Of a stretch of 64,000 bases of DNA, positions 11,507 through 25,112 are shown in pieces (the first letter of the stretch is position 1; every line of letters begins with the position of its first letter). Source of the stretch: Camelus dromedarius (Eukaryota); contig NC_087466.1 in assembly GCF_036321535.1 (NCBI RefSeq), positions 17,236,001 through 17,300,000 of the forward strand, read 5' to 3'. The notes under the pieces are model-generated. The model was given only the letters and a program-made list of their open reading frames with translations. It searched no databases and had not been told where the DNA came from. The position numbers were made by a program, and so were the translations under genes.

Positions 11507-11964
11507 GTAAAGGTGAGAATAATCCTGCCTGTGTTTGCTTGTAATCTGCATGCTGCATGAATTAAATAACTTAATTAATAATGAATAAATACTTGCAGTG
11601 CAGTTTTGACTTTTGATGAGGCTGTGCATTGACTTTTGATGCCCAACATTACATCAGACATTTAGATGCATTTTTATGAACAAAAAGCAGAGAAGAAATA
11701 CTCATCAGTAATGAGTGTTCAGGATCATCTTCAAAAAGTATAATTGAATTTTGAAGTTTTTGATGTTAAACTTGGAAAGAGTGTTTGCTAAATTAATTTA
11801 CCAGGTGCTAACATGTACTTTTTTTTCTTTTCAAAAATTCAGAAATGTATCTTGTTATATATCCAGTTCAAGTTAACATCGCAAGATTTTTATTGTGACT
11901 TTTTTGCTTGCATTTCTTATTCTCTTACCTTGTAAAAGTACTAACTATATTATCTGTCTTTTAA

Positions 11965-12395
11965 CAGATTGCCACAAAGCTTAGCTGCCTTAAACAATAA
12001 ACATTTTATTTCACATAGTTTCTGAGGGTCAGGGATCCAGGACAGCTTAGCTGGATGGTTTTGCCTTAGAATCTCTTAAGAAGTTGAAGACAAGGTATTG
12101 GCTAGTGCAGCAGTTACCTGGGGCTGGTGGATCTGCTTCCAGATTCAGAGCTGTTGGCAGTATAGTTCTGGTCATAGTATGGCAGCTTGCTTCTCCCAGA
12201 ATGAGTGTTCAGAGAGAAACTGACCTAAATGGAAGCTGCCATTTGTTTTACAGCCTAATCTTGGAAGTGACATAGTGTTTTGTCATTTGCTATATAGATC
12301 GCACAGAGCAAATCTGGTACCTGTGGAAGGGTACTGCATATGGTTGTGAATACCAGGAGGCAGGGTCACTGGGGGGGCCATCTTAGAGGCTGGCT
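11965..12395. mobile_element. MLT1 (MaLR) solo LTR relic
   Basis: CACAAAGCTTAGCTGCCTTAAACAATAAACATTTTATTTCACATAGTTTCTG...GGCCATCTTAGAGGCTG. Confidence 0.7.
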
Positions 12396-12584
12396 TATTT
12401 ACATTTTGCTATAATGTGTATAAGATATTTTCAAAATATTTGTTGTCTCGTTGGACTGCAAGATAAAGTTTAAAATTTATTTGGAATATTACTTTAGTAT
12501 CTTTCACTAAGAATTCTTTAAGTGCAAATTTTCAGTCAGGAGTTGCTACCTTTGTTACTTCCGAAATATTGTCTTCTATATGCA

Positions 12585-12800
12585 ACTCAGGGGTTGGGGG
12601 CACTGACCTGACCCTCTGTGCACTCTATGCAGTCAAAGATCTGAGTATAATTTGTAGTCAGTCCTTCATGTCCACAGTTCCATATCTGCAAATTCAGCCA
12701 GTGGTGGATCGTGTATTGCTATAGTATTTACCACTGGAAAAAAAAAATCTGCATATAAGTGGACCTTTGTTCACACTGATACTGTTCAAGGGTCAACTAT
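12585..12800. mobile_element. Tigger2-like (TcMar) non-autonomous element
   Basis: Ends with ATATAAGTGGACC...TGTTCAAGGGTCAACT, the reverse complement of the Tigger2 terminal CAGTTGACCCTTGAACA. Confidence 0.7.
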
Positions 12801-12809
12801 AATTCATAT

Positions 12810-15800
12810 GCCATAAAATTCATCCATTTGAAGTATACTGTTTGGTGGATTTAAAGATATTCTCAGAGTTGTCCATTCATTACCACAGTCAATGTCAAAA
12901 CATCTTTACACTCCCAAAAGAAGCCCTGTGCCCTGTAGTAGTTGCCCCCCTCCTGCCCCATGCACACGCACACTCATACCCTAGACTTGCTAATCTTTCT
13001 TTTCTCTATAGATCTGTCTGTTCTGGATATTTCGTATGAGTAAAATCATACTGTATGTAGTGTTTTGTGACTGGCTTCTTTCACTTAGCATTATGTTTTC
13101 AAGGTTCATCCATGTTGGAGCATCTGTCAGTACTTCATTCCTTGCTATGGCTGAATAACACTCCTTTATATAAATACCACATTTTATTTATCCATTCATC
13201 AGCTGATGCCACTTCAGGCTGTTCCCACTTTTTGACTGATAAGAATAATGGGGCTGTGAACATTAGTGTCTATTTTTTGTGTATGTTTTTTTCTCTTGGA
13301 GTGAAATTAACTCTGTTGGNNNNNNNNNNNNNNNNNNNNNNNNNNNNNNNNNNNNNNNNNNNNNNNNNNNNNNNNNNNNNNNNNNNNNNNNNNNNNNNNN
13401 NNNNNNNNNNNNNNNNNNNNNNNNNNNNNNNNNNNNNNNNNNNNNNNNNNNNNNNNNNNNNNNNNNNNNNNNNNNNTAGATCCATCCTAGTGGTTATAAA
13501 ATAGTATCTCATTATGGTTTGATTTGTATTTCTCTAGTAACTGATGATGTTGAACATATTTTTCATGTGCTCATTGACCTATTTGCATATATTCTCTGGA
13601 GAAATATTTATTCAAATATTTGACCTAGTTTTTAATTAGGTTATTTGTCTCTTAATCACTGAGTTGTAAGAGTTCTTTATATCTTCTGTATACAAATCCT
13701 TTATCAGATAAAGGATTTACAGATATTTTCTCCATTTTATGGTCTGTCTTTTTAGTTGCTTGATGGTGTTCTTCTAAAATTTTAAATTTTGATAGAAATT
13801 CAGTTTATTTGTGTTCTTTGTTGTTGGTTGTGCTTTTGGTGTCATATCTGAAAAACCATTGCCTGACTCAAGGTCTCCAAGATTTACTGTGATTTCTTTT
13901 AAAAGTTTCATAGTTCAGCTTTAACATTTAGGTTGGTAATACATTCTGAGGTAATTTTTGTGTATAGGATGAGGATAGGGTCCACATTTATTCTTTTGCA
14001 TGTTGATACCCAGTTATCCCAGCACCATTTGCTGAAAAGACTATTCTTTCCTCATTAAATTGTCTCAATATCCTTGTTGACAGTTACTTTTCTTCCACTA
14101 TATGCAAAAGGAAGCATACTGTATGTACTGTTCTGCACCCATGAGTTTTTTGTGTGAAGACACAGTATTTTGTAGAAATTACTGTATATCATTGTATCAA
14201 AATTTTCCTCATTCTTTTTTTTATTGAGTTGTTAATCTTAACTGTGTTGTAGGGGTGAATACAGTCCTTTTTCTGATGTATGTATTTCAAACATTTTCTT
14301 GTCTATGGCTTATTTATTCACTTTTTAAAATGTCTTTGAAAGAGCAGAAGTTTTAAATTTTGGAGTCCATTTTATCAAAGTTTTTTTTGAATGGTTGTCT
14401 TGTTTCCTGTTTGCATACTAAAAGGTTGCAAAGATTTTCTCCTCTGTTTTTTTCTCACTAGAAGTTTTATGGTTTTTCTCCTGAGTTTCACCTTTGGATT
14501 TTTTGATTTACAGTTTTTAAAATTTTGCCCACTCATGAAGTAAAAGAATTCATATGCCTTCTAGGATTTATGTAACGTCCCCCTTTTTACGTTTAAATTT
14601 CTAACCCACTTGAAAATTACCTTGTACACAGTGCAGGTTATGAATCCACTTTATCTTCTTCCAAATGATTGTCCAGAAATTTTTAACCAGTTTTATTATT
14701 GTACAATTTACATACAATAAAATGTGTTTCAAGTGTATATTTTAATGAAAACTCTGCCCTACTACCACTTGCTCCAGGCAACCACTGATCTGCTTTCTCT
14801 TACTGTAGATTAGATTTTTCTAATCTTTTTAATGAATCAAATCATGTAGTGTATTTTTGTGTCTGTCTTAAACAACATAATAATTTTTCATTATTTCATG
14901 TTATCACCTGTGTCAGTGTGTTCCTCCTTATTGCTGAATCGCATTGCATTTTTATGATCACACCACAGTTTACCCACTACCGGTTGATGGGTGTTTGGAT
15001 TATTTCCAGTTTGGGGTGCTTCTGATTAAGTGTTAAGAGCATTTGTGTATGAATGTGTGAACGTTTGTTTTCAGTTCTCTTGGTTAAGTACCTAGAATTG
15101 GGATTCTTGAGCTATATGCTAAGTGCGATTTTAAATTAATGTGAAATGGATAAATTGTTTTCCAAAGTCATTTAACGTTTTAACTGATCAGGTATGTATG
15201 AGAGTTACAAATACTCTACATCCTTCTCAACACTTGGTATTGTCATTTTAATTTTAGCCAGTCTAATATTTATAATGATAACCTCACTGGTTTCATTTCT
15301 CTGATGATTACTGATTATGAGCATCTTTGCATGTGTTTATTGTCTGTCAGTCTTCTTTTGCAAAATGCTTGTTTAAATCTTTTTCCTTTATTTACATGGG
15401 ATTTCTTTTCTTACTATTAATTTTAACAGTTATTTATATATTCTGGATACAAGTTTTTTTATCAGGTAAAGGTATTATGAACATTTTCAAAGAGCCAGTA
15501 TTCTTTATTTTGATGAAATTCCATTTATCAAGTTCTCCTCTTATGATTCATGCAGTTTTTGTATTATAACTTAGAAACCTTTGCCTGTGCAGGATGTGGA
15601 TCTTTTTATGTTTCTTTCTTTTTTTTTTTTTTTCCCCCATTTATCATTTTCTGTGGTTCTCTCAAAAATTCTTTTTTGTTTGTTTTTTATTTTTTAAACA
15701 TTTTTTATTGATTTATAATCATTTTACAATGTTGTGTCAAATTCTAGTGTTCAGCACAATTTTTCAGTCATACATGGACATATACACACTCATTATCACA

Positions 15801-17640
15801 TTTTTTCCTCTGTGATACCCTGTGCTATACAGTATAATCTTGTTTATCTATTATTTTATGTTTCTTCTAGAAGTTTAATACAAATTTTAAGTTTTACAAT
15901 TAGATGTAAGATTGACCTGAAGTTAGTTTTTGGGTAGGGCATGAGGTGAATGTTGTGGTTCATTTTCTTTCCATGTATATCCATTTTTCCCAGCACCAGC
16001 CTCTATTTTGCCTATGAAATTATCTTGGCATCATCATAAATCAGTTGATTGTTCATGTGTGATTCTATTCCTGAATGAACTGTTTTGTTGTATTGATCTG
16101 TGTATCTATCCTCACGCCAGCATTAACTTTTTGATTACTATTACTTTATAATAAATCTTAAAATCAGTTCAGGTAGTTCCTCCAGTTTTATTCTTCTTTG
16201 TTAAAATTGTTTTAGCTATTCTAGATTCTTTACATTTCCAAATACATTTTAGAATCAATTTGGAATTATATGTATTGAAGATTAGTTTGTGGGGAAATTG
16301 ACTCCCTTTAACAGTGTTTAATTTTCCAATCCATAAATATGGTGTATCTGTCTATTTAAGTGTTCCATTTCACCAATATTTTGTAGTTTTCACTATATAA
16401 ATTGTGTCTTACCACTTTGTTAAACACATTTATTGTTTCTAATAGCTTTTTTTTAGACTTACTTAGAATTTTCTATGTGTACAATCACAGTCCACTCAGT
16501 ATATCTGTCTTTTTCTTGCCTTATTATACTGCCTAGGTCTTCTAATACATTACTGAATAGAAATGACACATTCCTTACCATGCCCCTGATCTAAGCGGGA
16601 AAGTAGTATCTTTCACTGTTTGCTTTAGTGTTAGTTGTGGTTTCAGTTCCTAATTTGCTGATTTTTTTAAAAATCATGAATGGTTATTGAATTATGTCAA
16701 ATACTTCAGCATCTGTTATGAATATCATACAGTTTTTCTCATTTGCTCTGTTATTTTGAGGGATTACATTGATTTTAGAACATCAAACCAGCCTTGCATT
16801 CCTGGCACCACATTTATACACTTAGTCATGGTGTATTATCTTTATATGTTTTCCTGGGTTTGACTTGATAGTATTTTATTGAAGAGATTTTGGTCTGTGT
16901 TCTTGGGGGATGTTTGATTTGTAGTTTGCTTTGCTTTATAATGTCATTGTATGATTTTGGTATCAAGTTAATGCTGACTGTATCATTTAACTTGCCAAAT
17001 TTAATGGCATAAAGTTGTTAATAGTATTCCTTTATCTTTTTAATGCCTGCAGGGTCTGTAGTGATGCTCTGTATTTCATTTCTGGTATTGGTAATTTATG
17101 TCTTTTTTCCCCTTTTTATTGATCTGTGTTGCTAGACTATTAGTGACCTTTTCAAAGGCCAGCTTCTGCTTTCATTGACTTTTCCTTTTATCATTTCCTC
17201 TTTTTTGCTTTCTTTGGATTTAATTTGCTGTTCTTTTTCTGGTTTCCTAAGGTGGTTGCTTAGATAATTGATTTTAAGACTTTCTTTTCTAATAGCATTT
17301 AAAGCTGTAAATTTCTAGTCATTGCTTTGGCTACATCCCCAAAATTTAACATGTTGTATTTTCATATTCCATTGAAAATGTCTTCTGTCTTATAATTTCT
17401 TCTTTGACCAATGGGTTATTTAGTAGTGTGTTTTTAATTTCCAAATATTTGGGGTTTCCATATGTATTTCTGGTTTTAATTTTTGATTCCATTATGCTCA
17501 GAGAACAAACTGATAGAAATGCCATTTTCATCGTGTATGTAGCATCCATGTCCAGTTGAATCTGTATCTGGAGTTTGTGTTCCATTCTGTTAAACTATCT
17601 GATAAGACTACTTCCCCATCCACTCACTCCCAACGTTAAT
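12810..17640 (-). mobile_element. Series of old antisense L1 fragments (L1M), including a younger L1 3' end near 15680-15860
   Basis: Recurring antisense L1 motifs (TTTCACTTAGCATTATGTTTTCAAGGTTCATCCATGTTG, CCAGCACCATTTGCTGAAAAGACT, AAACCAGCCTTGCATTCCTGG). Boundaries approximate. Confidence 0.75.
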
Positions 17641-19704
17641 TTTTTTCACTTCAGGTTTTCTTAACTTTTCTTCCTTGTTTGTTTTTTCATATGAGCTAGA
17701 TATTCAGGTTGAATACTGAAAAAAAAAAATCAATTGACTTTTTATTATTGAAAAATTCAAACGTATACAAATAAGCAGTTTGAATAGTATGCTAGTATAA
17801 GAGAGCTCATCACTCTGCTTTAACAATTAGAAATTCATGGCCAGTTTTGTTTCATCTCAACACCCCTCCCTACTCAGGTTATTTTAAAGCATATCCCAGA
17901 TACATCATTTTATCTGTAAATATTCCATTTTTCAATTCTAAAGGATAAGGGGGTCTTACAAAAACAAACATTACTATTATCACACTATGAAAGAATTAGC
18001 AATAGTTTCCTAATACCCTCAAATTTCTATGGCTATCTTTAAAACACACTTTTTGGCAGTTATTTTATTCTAGTTAGGATCCAAAAGAGGTTTACAAATT
18101 GCATTTGTTTATCATGTTTAAATAATTTTTTAAAATTGTTTCATGTTGCGATAACTTATAAAAATTTTAAAGACATGTTATGTTCATTCATACCCTCATT
18201 TTCTTACACTCTGCCTTCATTGGATTATTTTAAAGCAATCCTAGATACTGTATCATTTCATTCATCAATATTTCACTGTGTATCTTTAAGCATTGTGGAC
18301 TCTTTCCTTTTTAAAATCATAGTTAAATTACCATTATTCACACATTAAAAATTTAGCAATTATTCCTGTCTATCAAAGATCCAAAGTACACATTTTCCTC
18401 CTGTATTATGACTGTTTCTTAATAGTTGACTTGTTCAACCACAGTCCAAAATCCACACTTTTCATTTGATTGATACATATTTCTCTTAATGTTCAGTCTC
18501 TCTTAATTTATAGTTTTCCCGTGTTTTTTTCCCTTTACATCTTATTTAAATACAGCTTTTTTGTTCTGTATTCTTTCTCGCTATCTGAATTTCATGGATT
18601 TCATCCTTGTGGCATTGTTTAAAGTGTTCCCCCATCCCCTGTCATCCTTGTAAACTGATAGTAGAGAGACTTGATACAATTAAGTTGTGTTTTTTTAAAC
18701 TTAACTTGGAGTGTTTCATAGATGGTGTGTGTACTTTGATTTGGAGCCAGTGTCTTAAATCTTTTTCTTTGCTAATAGGAGTAACTGGGCTCCCTTATCT
18801 ACCCAGGATAACATTTTCTGCCAGCTCTTCTTTGTTTTAGCAGCACTGAAGATCATTGTCTAGCCCTAGATCCATTATTTCATTAAGGTTTGCAAAATGA
18901 TGACATTCTCATTCTGTCATCTCTTTAGTTAGTAAGCTGGAATTTTTCTGTAAAGAAAAACCTTTACCATGTCAGACTATTTGGTTACCATGAGGTGCGT
19001 TTGTGCACAAAAGGCAACTAAACTGCCCAGCATTTCAAGGCAGTTCTCAAAATAATGAGTTCTTTTTCTGTCATCCTCTAAAGGTTGGCCATTGAGGGTT
19101 TTTTGTTCTTTTCTATCAGTATGATCTCGTGAATTTTAACATTCAGTTTGCCAGTTGGCATTCTTATTAAAATCATATTAAATTTATAAATATATAATTT
19201 AGAGATTAACTTAGGGGAGAACTGCTATCTTTATATCGTCTTCCTATCCAGGAACAAATTATGCCTTTCTACTTGTTTAAATCTGCTTCTGTATCTTCAG
19301 TAGTATTTTTAAGTTTCTCTCAAAGGTTTTATGTGTTTCTTCAGTTTATACTTAATTATATTATAGGTATTGTCTTTTTTTTATTGCTAATGTAAACTGA
19401 GTTCATCTTTACCATTGCATCTTCGTAGTTACTTATGAAGTAAGTTTATCAAGTACTGTATATGAAGGCTATTGTTGTCTTTATGTTAATTTTATGTCCT
19501 TATTCTTTACTCTGTCAGATAACAGGCAAAATTAAGGACTTGCTTCTGAAATGCAGCCATAGATTATATGATAAGGCTTATCTTTCCTGCATAATACTAG
19601 GGCCTTTTTGCACAAAACCACCTCTGTCTTCTTCGTGCATAATGCAGCAATAATGTTTTTGCAACCTGTTAGAAAAATTGAGTTGTATTTGAAAATATAC
19701 CAAA

Positions 19705-19905
19705 GTCAGCATTTTGGGACAGATATTCTTTGTTGGTGGGGTTGGGTGTCCTGTGCATTATAAGATGTTTATTAGCATCCCTGGCCTCTACCTATTGGAT
19801 GCTAGTAGTAACCTCCCCTTCCCTAATTATAACAACCAAAGTTGTCTCCAGACATTGTCAAATGCCCCTTGAAAGGCAAAATTACTCCCAGTTGAAAACC
19901 ATTGA
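19705..19905 (-). mobile_element. MER20 (hAT-Charlie) DNA transposon relic
   Basis: TGTCCTGTGCATTATAAGATGTTTATTAGCATCCCTGGCCTCTACC...GTTGAAAACCATTG. Confidence 0.8.
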
Positions 19906-20264
19906 CATAAAGAAATGGCTAAAGTATGGCTCATCTAAACTGTGGTTTAAGATTAAGATAATTCAGTTTAGGGGATGGAGGGGAACCACCACCATAAAAC
20001 CAGGTCTGTCTCTGTATACCTACATATGCATGTGTGCAGATGCATGGATCTAGAAGGCTACATACAGTGGTTGCTGTTGGGGAAGAGAATGGTATACAAA
20101 TGGTTAGAAGGGGGAATTTTGTTTTATGTTGCAAAATTTTTTATCTTTCAAGATCATATTCCACCATTGTTTCTATAATGAATTTATTTTTAAAAATTAG
20201 TAAACCTGACTAGTATTTTAAAAATATGTGATGGTTATAATTAAGTATCAAAAGAAATAGTGTT

Positions 20265-20355
20265 AGGGGTTGAGGATATATACCTCAGGATCTACCAAGT
20301 ACGTGCTTGGCATGCATGAGGTCCTGGGTTCAGTCCCCAGTGCCTCCATTAACAG
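20265..20355 (+). mobile_element. Degenerate tRNA-derived SINE
   Basis: GCATGCATGAGGTCCTGGGTTCAGTCCCCAGTGCCTCC. Confidence 0.75.
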
Positions 20356-21565
20356 GGAGCGGGGAGGGGGTTGCAAAATGAAAAGAAGTAGTGGTAGTGA
20401 ATAGGTTAAGTTCAGTTAACTTAGAATAACTTTCATTTGATAAAGGTGATATTTGAGTTTGGGGTGGCTTTTCTTTACTAAAGAGGTGCTTTTTCAATAT
20501 GTGAAATCTCAAAATTAAATTCAGAAAAATACTACTGTATTCATTTCCCGTTTTCAAGTTTGCTTTTCTAACTACATAAAACAGTATATATAACTAGCTC
20601 CTCTAAGTCAGCAAGTCATTAAATTTTTAGCAAAAAATTAAAATATTTAAAATAAAAACAAAATTATTTCTCTGAATTAGCAATTAATTTTTATACTCAG
20701 TTCTGGTGATCTTACGAAGTTAAGCATTCTTTGTGCCTCATACCTTGCAGTAAGCAACGGCTCATGATTTCTTCCCTCAGGTGGCTTGGTTAACATCACA
20801 TCATAAACCCATTACAGACAACAGTCAGTGCTGTAATAGACATGTGAGGAAAAGGTACACAGATCATGCAGCTAGCTCTTGGCGGGGAACTGGGAGCTAA
20901 ATTCTTAACTAGAGCTTTAATGGGGAGGACCATAGGCAGAAATTTGTGTGGAATAATAAAAGACATAAAGTAATTCTTTAAAAGTGCTATGATTTAGAAA
21001 CCTGCTACATGATAGCCTGAGATTCTACGTTTGAAAAAGAGCAAGACATTGTATAAGAATTCAGTGGTGGGAAATTTTAGAAGATGAAGTAAAGATTAGT
21101 GTTGGGTCTGTTTTGGCTTTTTTGTTGTGCTTTTTGTTTTTGTTTGAAAAATCCAATGGCCTTTTCTAGCAAGTGGCATAATTTAGTGTTATCATACAGG
21201 GATTATCTAAGAAGTATGAGGGGAATGTTGTTTCACATTGCTGGAGGTGTCTGTTACAGGGACTTGATCAAGTCTGGGCATCATCACAAAGGGTCTCTCT
21301 CTGGATGTTGCTTTCAAGCTGATACTTCAAGGATCAGTCAAAATTTTCCAACCTGGGAGTTAGGGGGTCAGGGTTTGAGGCTAAGGAATAGCACATGTGA
21401 TAGGAAACAGCCTAGAGTGGCTGAAGGAGTGGTGGGGATGGTATATAACTTGGCATTGGAGAGGCAGGCAGAAGGGTCCAATCATGCACAGCCTCAAGGA
21501 TTGTGTTCATGTGTTTTAAGCTAAGGAGATGCTGTTTTCTAATAATAAGTCATCTTTTTCTTTAG

Positions 21566-21750
21566 TACCAAATATGCCCCAACAACGGCAAGACCAGCAT
21601 CATCAGAGCACCATGATGCACCCAGCCTCAGCAGCAGGACCACCAATTGTGGCCACCCCGCCAGCTTATTCCACACAATATGTTGCCTATAGTCCTCAGC
21701 AGTTTCCGAATCAGCCTCTCGTTCAGCATGTGCCACATTATCAGTCTCAG
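21566..21750 (+). CDS. ATXN2: Ataxin-2 exon 19-equivalent, VPNMPQQRQDQHHQSTMMHP...QHVPHYQSQ
   Basis: tttttctttAG acceptor, GTAAGC donor at 21751, 185 nt. Confidence 0.97.
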
Positions 21751-21805
21751 GTAAGCCTGATATGACTTAATAACTATTAATTTTTCCAGTTAGATTTAAC
21801 TTTTT

Positions 21806-21954
21806 AAAAAATTTATTTATTATTGTATTATTTATTTATTTTATTTGAGAGGGGAGGTAATTAGGTTTTATTTTTAAAGGAGCTACTGGGGATTGAACCC
21901 AGGACTTCATGCATGCTTGTTGTGCATTCTACCCTGGAGCTATACCCTCCCCCC
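21806..21954 (-). mobile_element. tRNA-derived SINE just downstream of ATXN2 exon 19
   Basis: GGGGAGGTAATTAGG...GGGGATTGAACCCAGGAC...GAGCTATACCCTCCCC, flanked by TTAACTTTTT repeats. Confidence 0.9.
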
Positions 21955-22228
21955 TTAACTTTTTTAATATGGTAAGTGGGTTTTGGTTTATATTTTGTGC
22001 TTGGTGTTTTGATGGGGTAGACAGCTAAGGTTTTGGGGGCCCTTTTTAATGTATTAGAAAGTGGCTGATCAATGTATGTGTTTCAAAGGAAAGAGCCAAA
22101 AACAGATTTAGAATTTTTAGAGTTGTTTCTGGAAACCTGGAAGCCATGGAGTTAAGACATCTAACTAAAACCTACTTGACTCTATTTGATACTTTAATTT
22201 TTTTTCTTTATTTTTTGTTTGAACACAG

Positions 22229-22361
22229 CATCCTCATGTCTATAGTCCTGTAATACAGGGTAATGCTAGGATGATGGCACCACCAACACATGCCCAGCCT
22301 GGTTTAGTATCTTCTTCAGCAACTCAGTACGGGGCTCATGAGCAGACGCATGCGATGTATG
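22229..22361 (+). CDS. ATXN2: Ataxin-2 exon 20-equivalent, HPHVYSPVIQGNARMMAPP...HEQTHAMY
   Basis: aacacAG acceptor, GTAGGA donor at 22362, 133 nt. Confidence 0.97.
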
Positions 22362-23720
22362 GTAGGAAGCATTTTGTTTGTCTTTTTCAGTGTGTATGAT
22401 TTTTCTTAATAAGTTTTTAAGCTCTGAGAAAATACTATGTTTAAGAATAACTTGGCCTTTTATGACATTGAGGGTCAAGAATCTAACAAAATGTTGAAAC
22501 TATAGCTCTCTGACTTGCTCTATAAGTCTTAGCAAATCATTTCTACTTCTGCGCCTGAAATTCCTCTGTCTTCAAATGTCTCTTTAACTAAAATGTAATA
22601 ATGTATGTAACAGAAAGCATCTTTTGTGGAGAAAGTTCTCTTCCTTGTCAGCATTTGGTATGCCTTGCTTAAGGCATGCAAGAAAGTTCTACCATAATGA
22701 AAGCACTCGGCAGCAAAAGGAAACATTCTGCCTCACTCCTTGCTCTGGCGGTCACTGGCATTACATATATTTATTGCTATTTGTTATAATGCTACTGTGT
22801 TTCTGCATCATGCTATATTTTAAGTGGCTGAACTTGTATAATATTAGATCTGCTTTAGATGTGATTCATACTGTAAATGTAACCCATACTTTAAATGTAA
22901 TCATTATAAACAATAAAATGAAAATGAAATTATTCTATATAAAATTAACAGTGTATGTAAGAATAGTAAGCTAAAATTACTATCTTAGTTTTGTGGCCAG
23001 AGAACTTTGTGCAGGTCAACTTTGCAGCTGTAAAGTACTAAAATAATACAGGTTTCAATATTGAGAATTTAAAATTAAATTTCCACTTATATCTTGTAAT
23101 ACTATGTTTTTCAAAATACACCTTTACTTAGTACCAGTTTTACTTAGATCTAAGTTTTGTTTTGAACATTTCTGGGAACTCCTGTACTGTCATTCAGGTT
23201 TTCCCATTGGCATTTCAGTGTTTTGGAGTGAGAGGAGAGAGATTTAAGTTTATTGAAAAGTGTAACTACTATGAGAATGAAATTACATGTAACTACATGG
23301 ACATTTTATTTTTTAAACTTATTTAAACTTTTTGAATGACTAAGAATGTAAAGATTTTCATGTCAACTTTAGGTAACAGTTTAACAGTTCATAGGTTGAT
23401 AAGAATAGGACTCTGGCCCCTGTAACCCACTGCCGAGGCTCTCTTTCTGGAGGCATGCTCCTGTCCCACTGGTTCACTAATGACAGGAATTTTACATGAT
23501 TGAAGGCATTGTTTTTATAAAATACTTAAGTCAGAGCTTAATTTTTTGCTTAAAACTTTCTACTGTGGATTATGCACTTTAAATTAAAATAGATGTGATT
23601 GCTACATCTTGGAAAACTTTTCTTTCAAGAAGCCCATCCATAGCTGAATTGAAAAATTGACAGACTGATTTAGCTTGTGATTTTGATTATGATCTATCAT
23701 TGCTTTACTTTAGTTGTCTT

Positions 23721-23749
23721 TTTTTTTTTTTTTTTTGAGGGGGGAGGGT
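23721..23749 (-). mobile_element. 29-bp 5'-truncated retroposed SINE tail
   Basis: T16 + GAGGGGGGAGGGT between perfect 13-bp direct repeats CTTTAGTTGTCTT. Confidence 0.8.
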
Positions 23750-25080
23750 CTTTAGTTGTCTTAACCAGGACTAAGTACATGTGAAAAGACACTACTGATT
23801 TATCACACTGACTTTTATTCAATTTGTATGTTTTAACACTTTTTCCAGTTTGCTAAAGGCTAGGTGAAACGTTCATTATGATTGTTTATACGTATATTTC
23901 TGGTGAATACATCATGATATAACAAGTGGAAAAAAACATTTCTTTCTTCACATTTCCTTGCGTACTCCTCTTGGAATGAGATCTGAAACTCTGAGCTAAA
24001 ATTTCCTTTGCTTTTGGAAAGTTGCTATTTGTGTACCCATGTCTTTGAGCCTTTGTGGTAATACTGTGATGTTGAGCAGTCTTTCTCCTCAGTGTACTCA
24101 CTCACTACCAACATCTGGCTTTGTCTTTTGGATGGATGTTCATTGGTTTGAAACAGGCTGTACAGTAAACACTGTATTTGAGGCACTGATGGTTTTTATG
24201 ATTACCTTCCCAGAATATTTCCATTTGAAAAGCAGTTAGCCTTGGACCCTGAAGTCTATTCAAATGTGGGAAAATGGGAAATACTGCAAATAAACAAAAT
24301 ACTAGACCTGAAGTCCAGTGAAATCTGGAGTGAACTAGTCACAAAGCCATTTTTTTGATGCCAGGAGAAAGTTGCTCAACTGAATGTGAACTACTTATTT
24401 GCAGGTTGTATTTAATCGATGTCTCTTCATGAGGGCAGGCTAGGGGCAAAGATTAACCTTTTTACACAAACAAAAGAATATGTACCCAGATGTTGATGAT
24501 AATTATATGTCATCTTTTTGTCATTCATTAATTGTTATGGCCATTTGTAAAAGGCTTTGAGAACAGAAATAACTGCAATGTGAAAGACTGATTATTGTTT
24601 TTAAATGTTTTGATATATTTAAGATAAATATGCCAACAGATCGCTGAACATTTAAATTATTAGGAGTTATATATATACACATTCTAAGTAATTGTTGACC
24701 TCCTTCTCTTTCTAGCTTTCTTAGAATGAACTTTGGTCATAAAGTCATCTCTTTGACCTTCATCTGTCTAGCTTTCATCATTGCCTTTGCCCTCTTCCTC
24801 CTAATAGATTATTTTTTGTCTTTAACACCCAGTCTTCTAATTCATCTAATTTTGTTTCATGGTAGTGGTTTTTCCCTTTTCAGTAATAGTAAGAATGAAA
24901 CTCTCTACTGACTAAATCCATCAGGAAGAGTTAAATCTAGAATCCTTTTCAGTTTATTTTTGGTAGTTTAGTGCAGATAAATTCTAAAATACAGTAAGCA
25001 AAAGGATTTAAAATGCACCTATTAATCTTCCACCTGACAGCCACCTGTTGACATTTTGGTGCATATCCTTTCAAGTGCAC

Positions 25081-25112
25081 TTACACACGCACACACACAT
25101 GCACACACACTC
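25081..25112. repeat. Imperfect (CA)n microsatellite
   Basis: ACACACGCACACACACATGCACACACAC. Confidence 0.8.

Noticed and set aside
23895-23960. Weak resemblance (ATATAACAAG...TTTCTTTCT) to the recalled human ATXN2 exon 21
   Set aside because: Needs indels and lacks a proper acceptor and donor. My recollection of the human nucleotide sequence is not reliable enough to call it.
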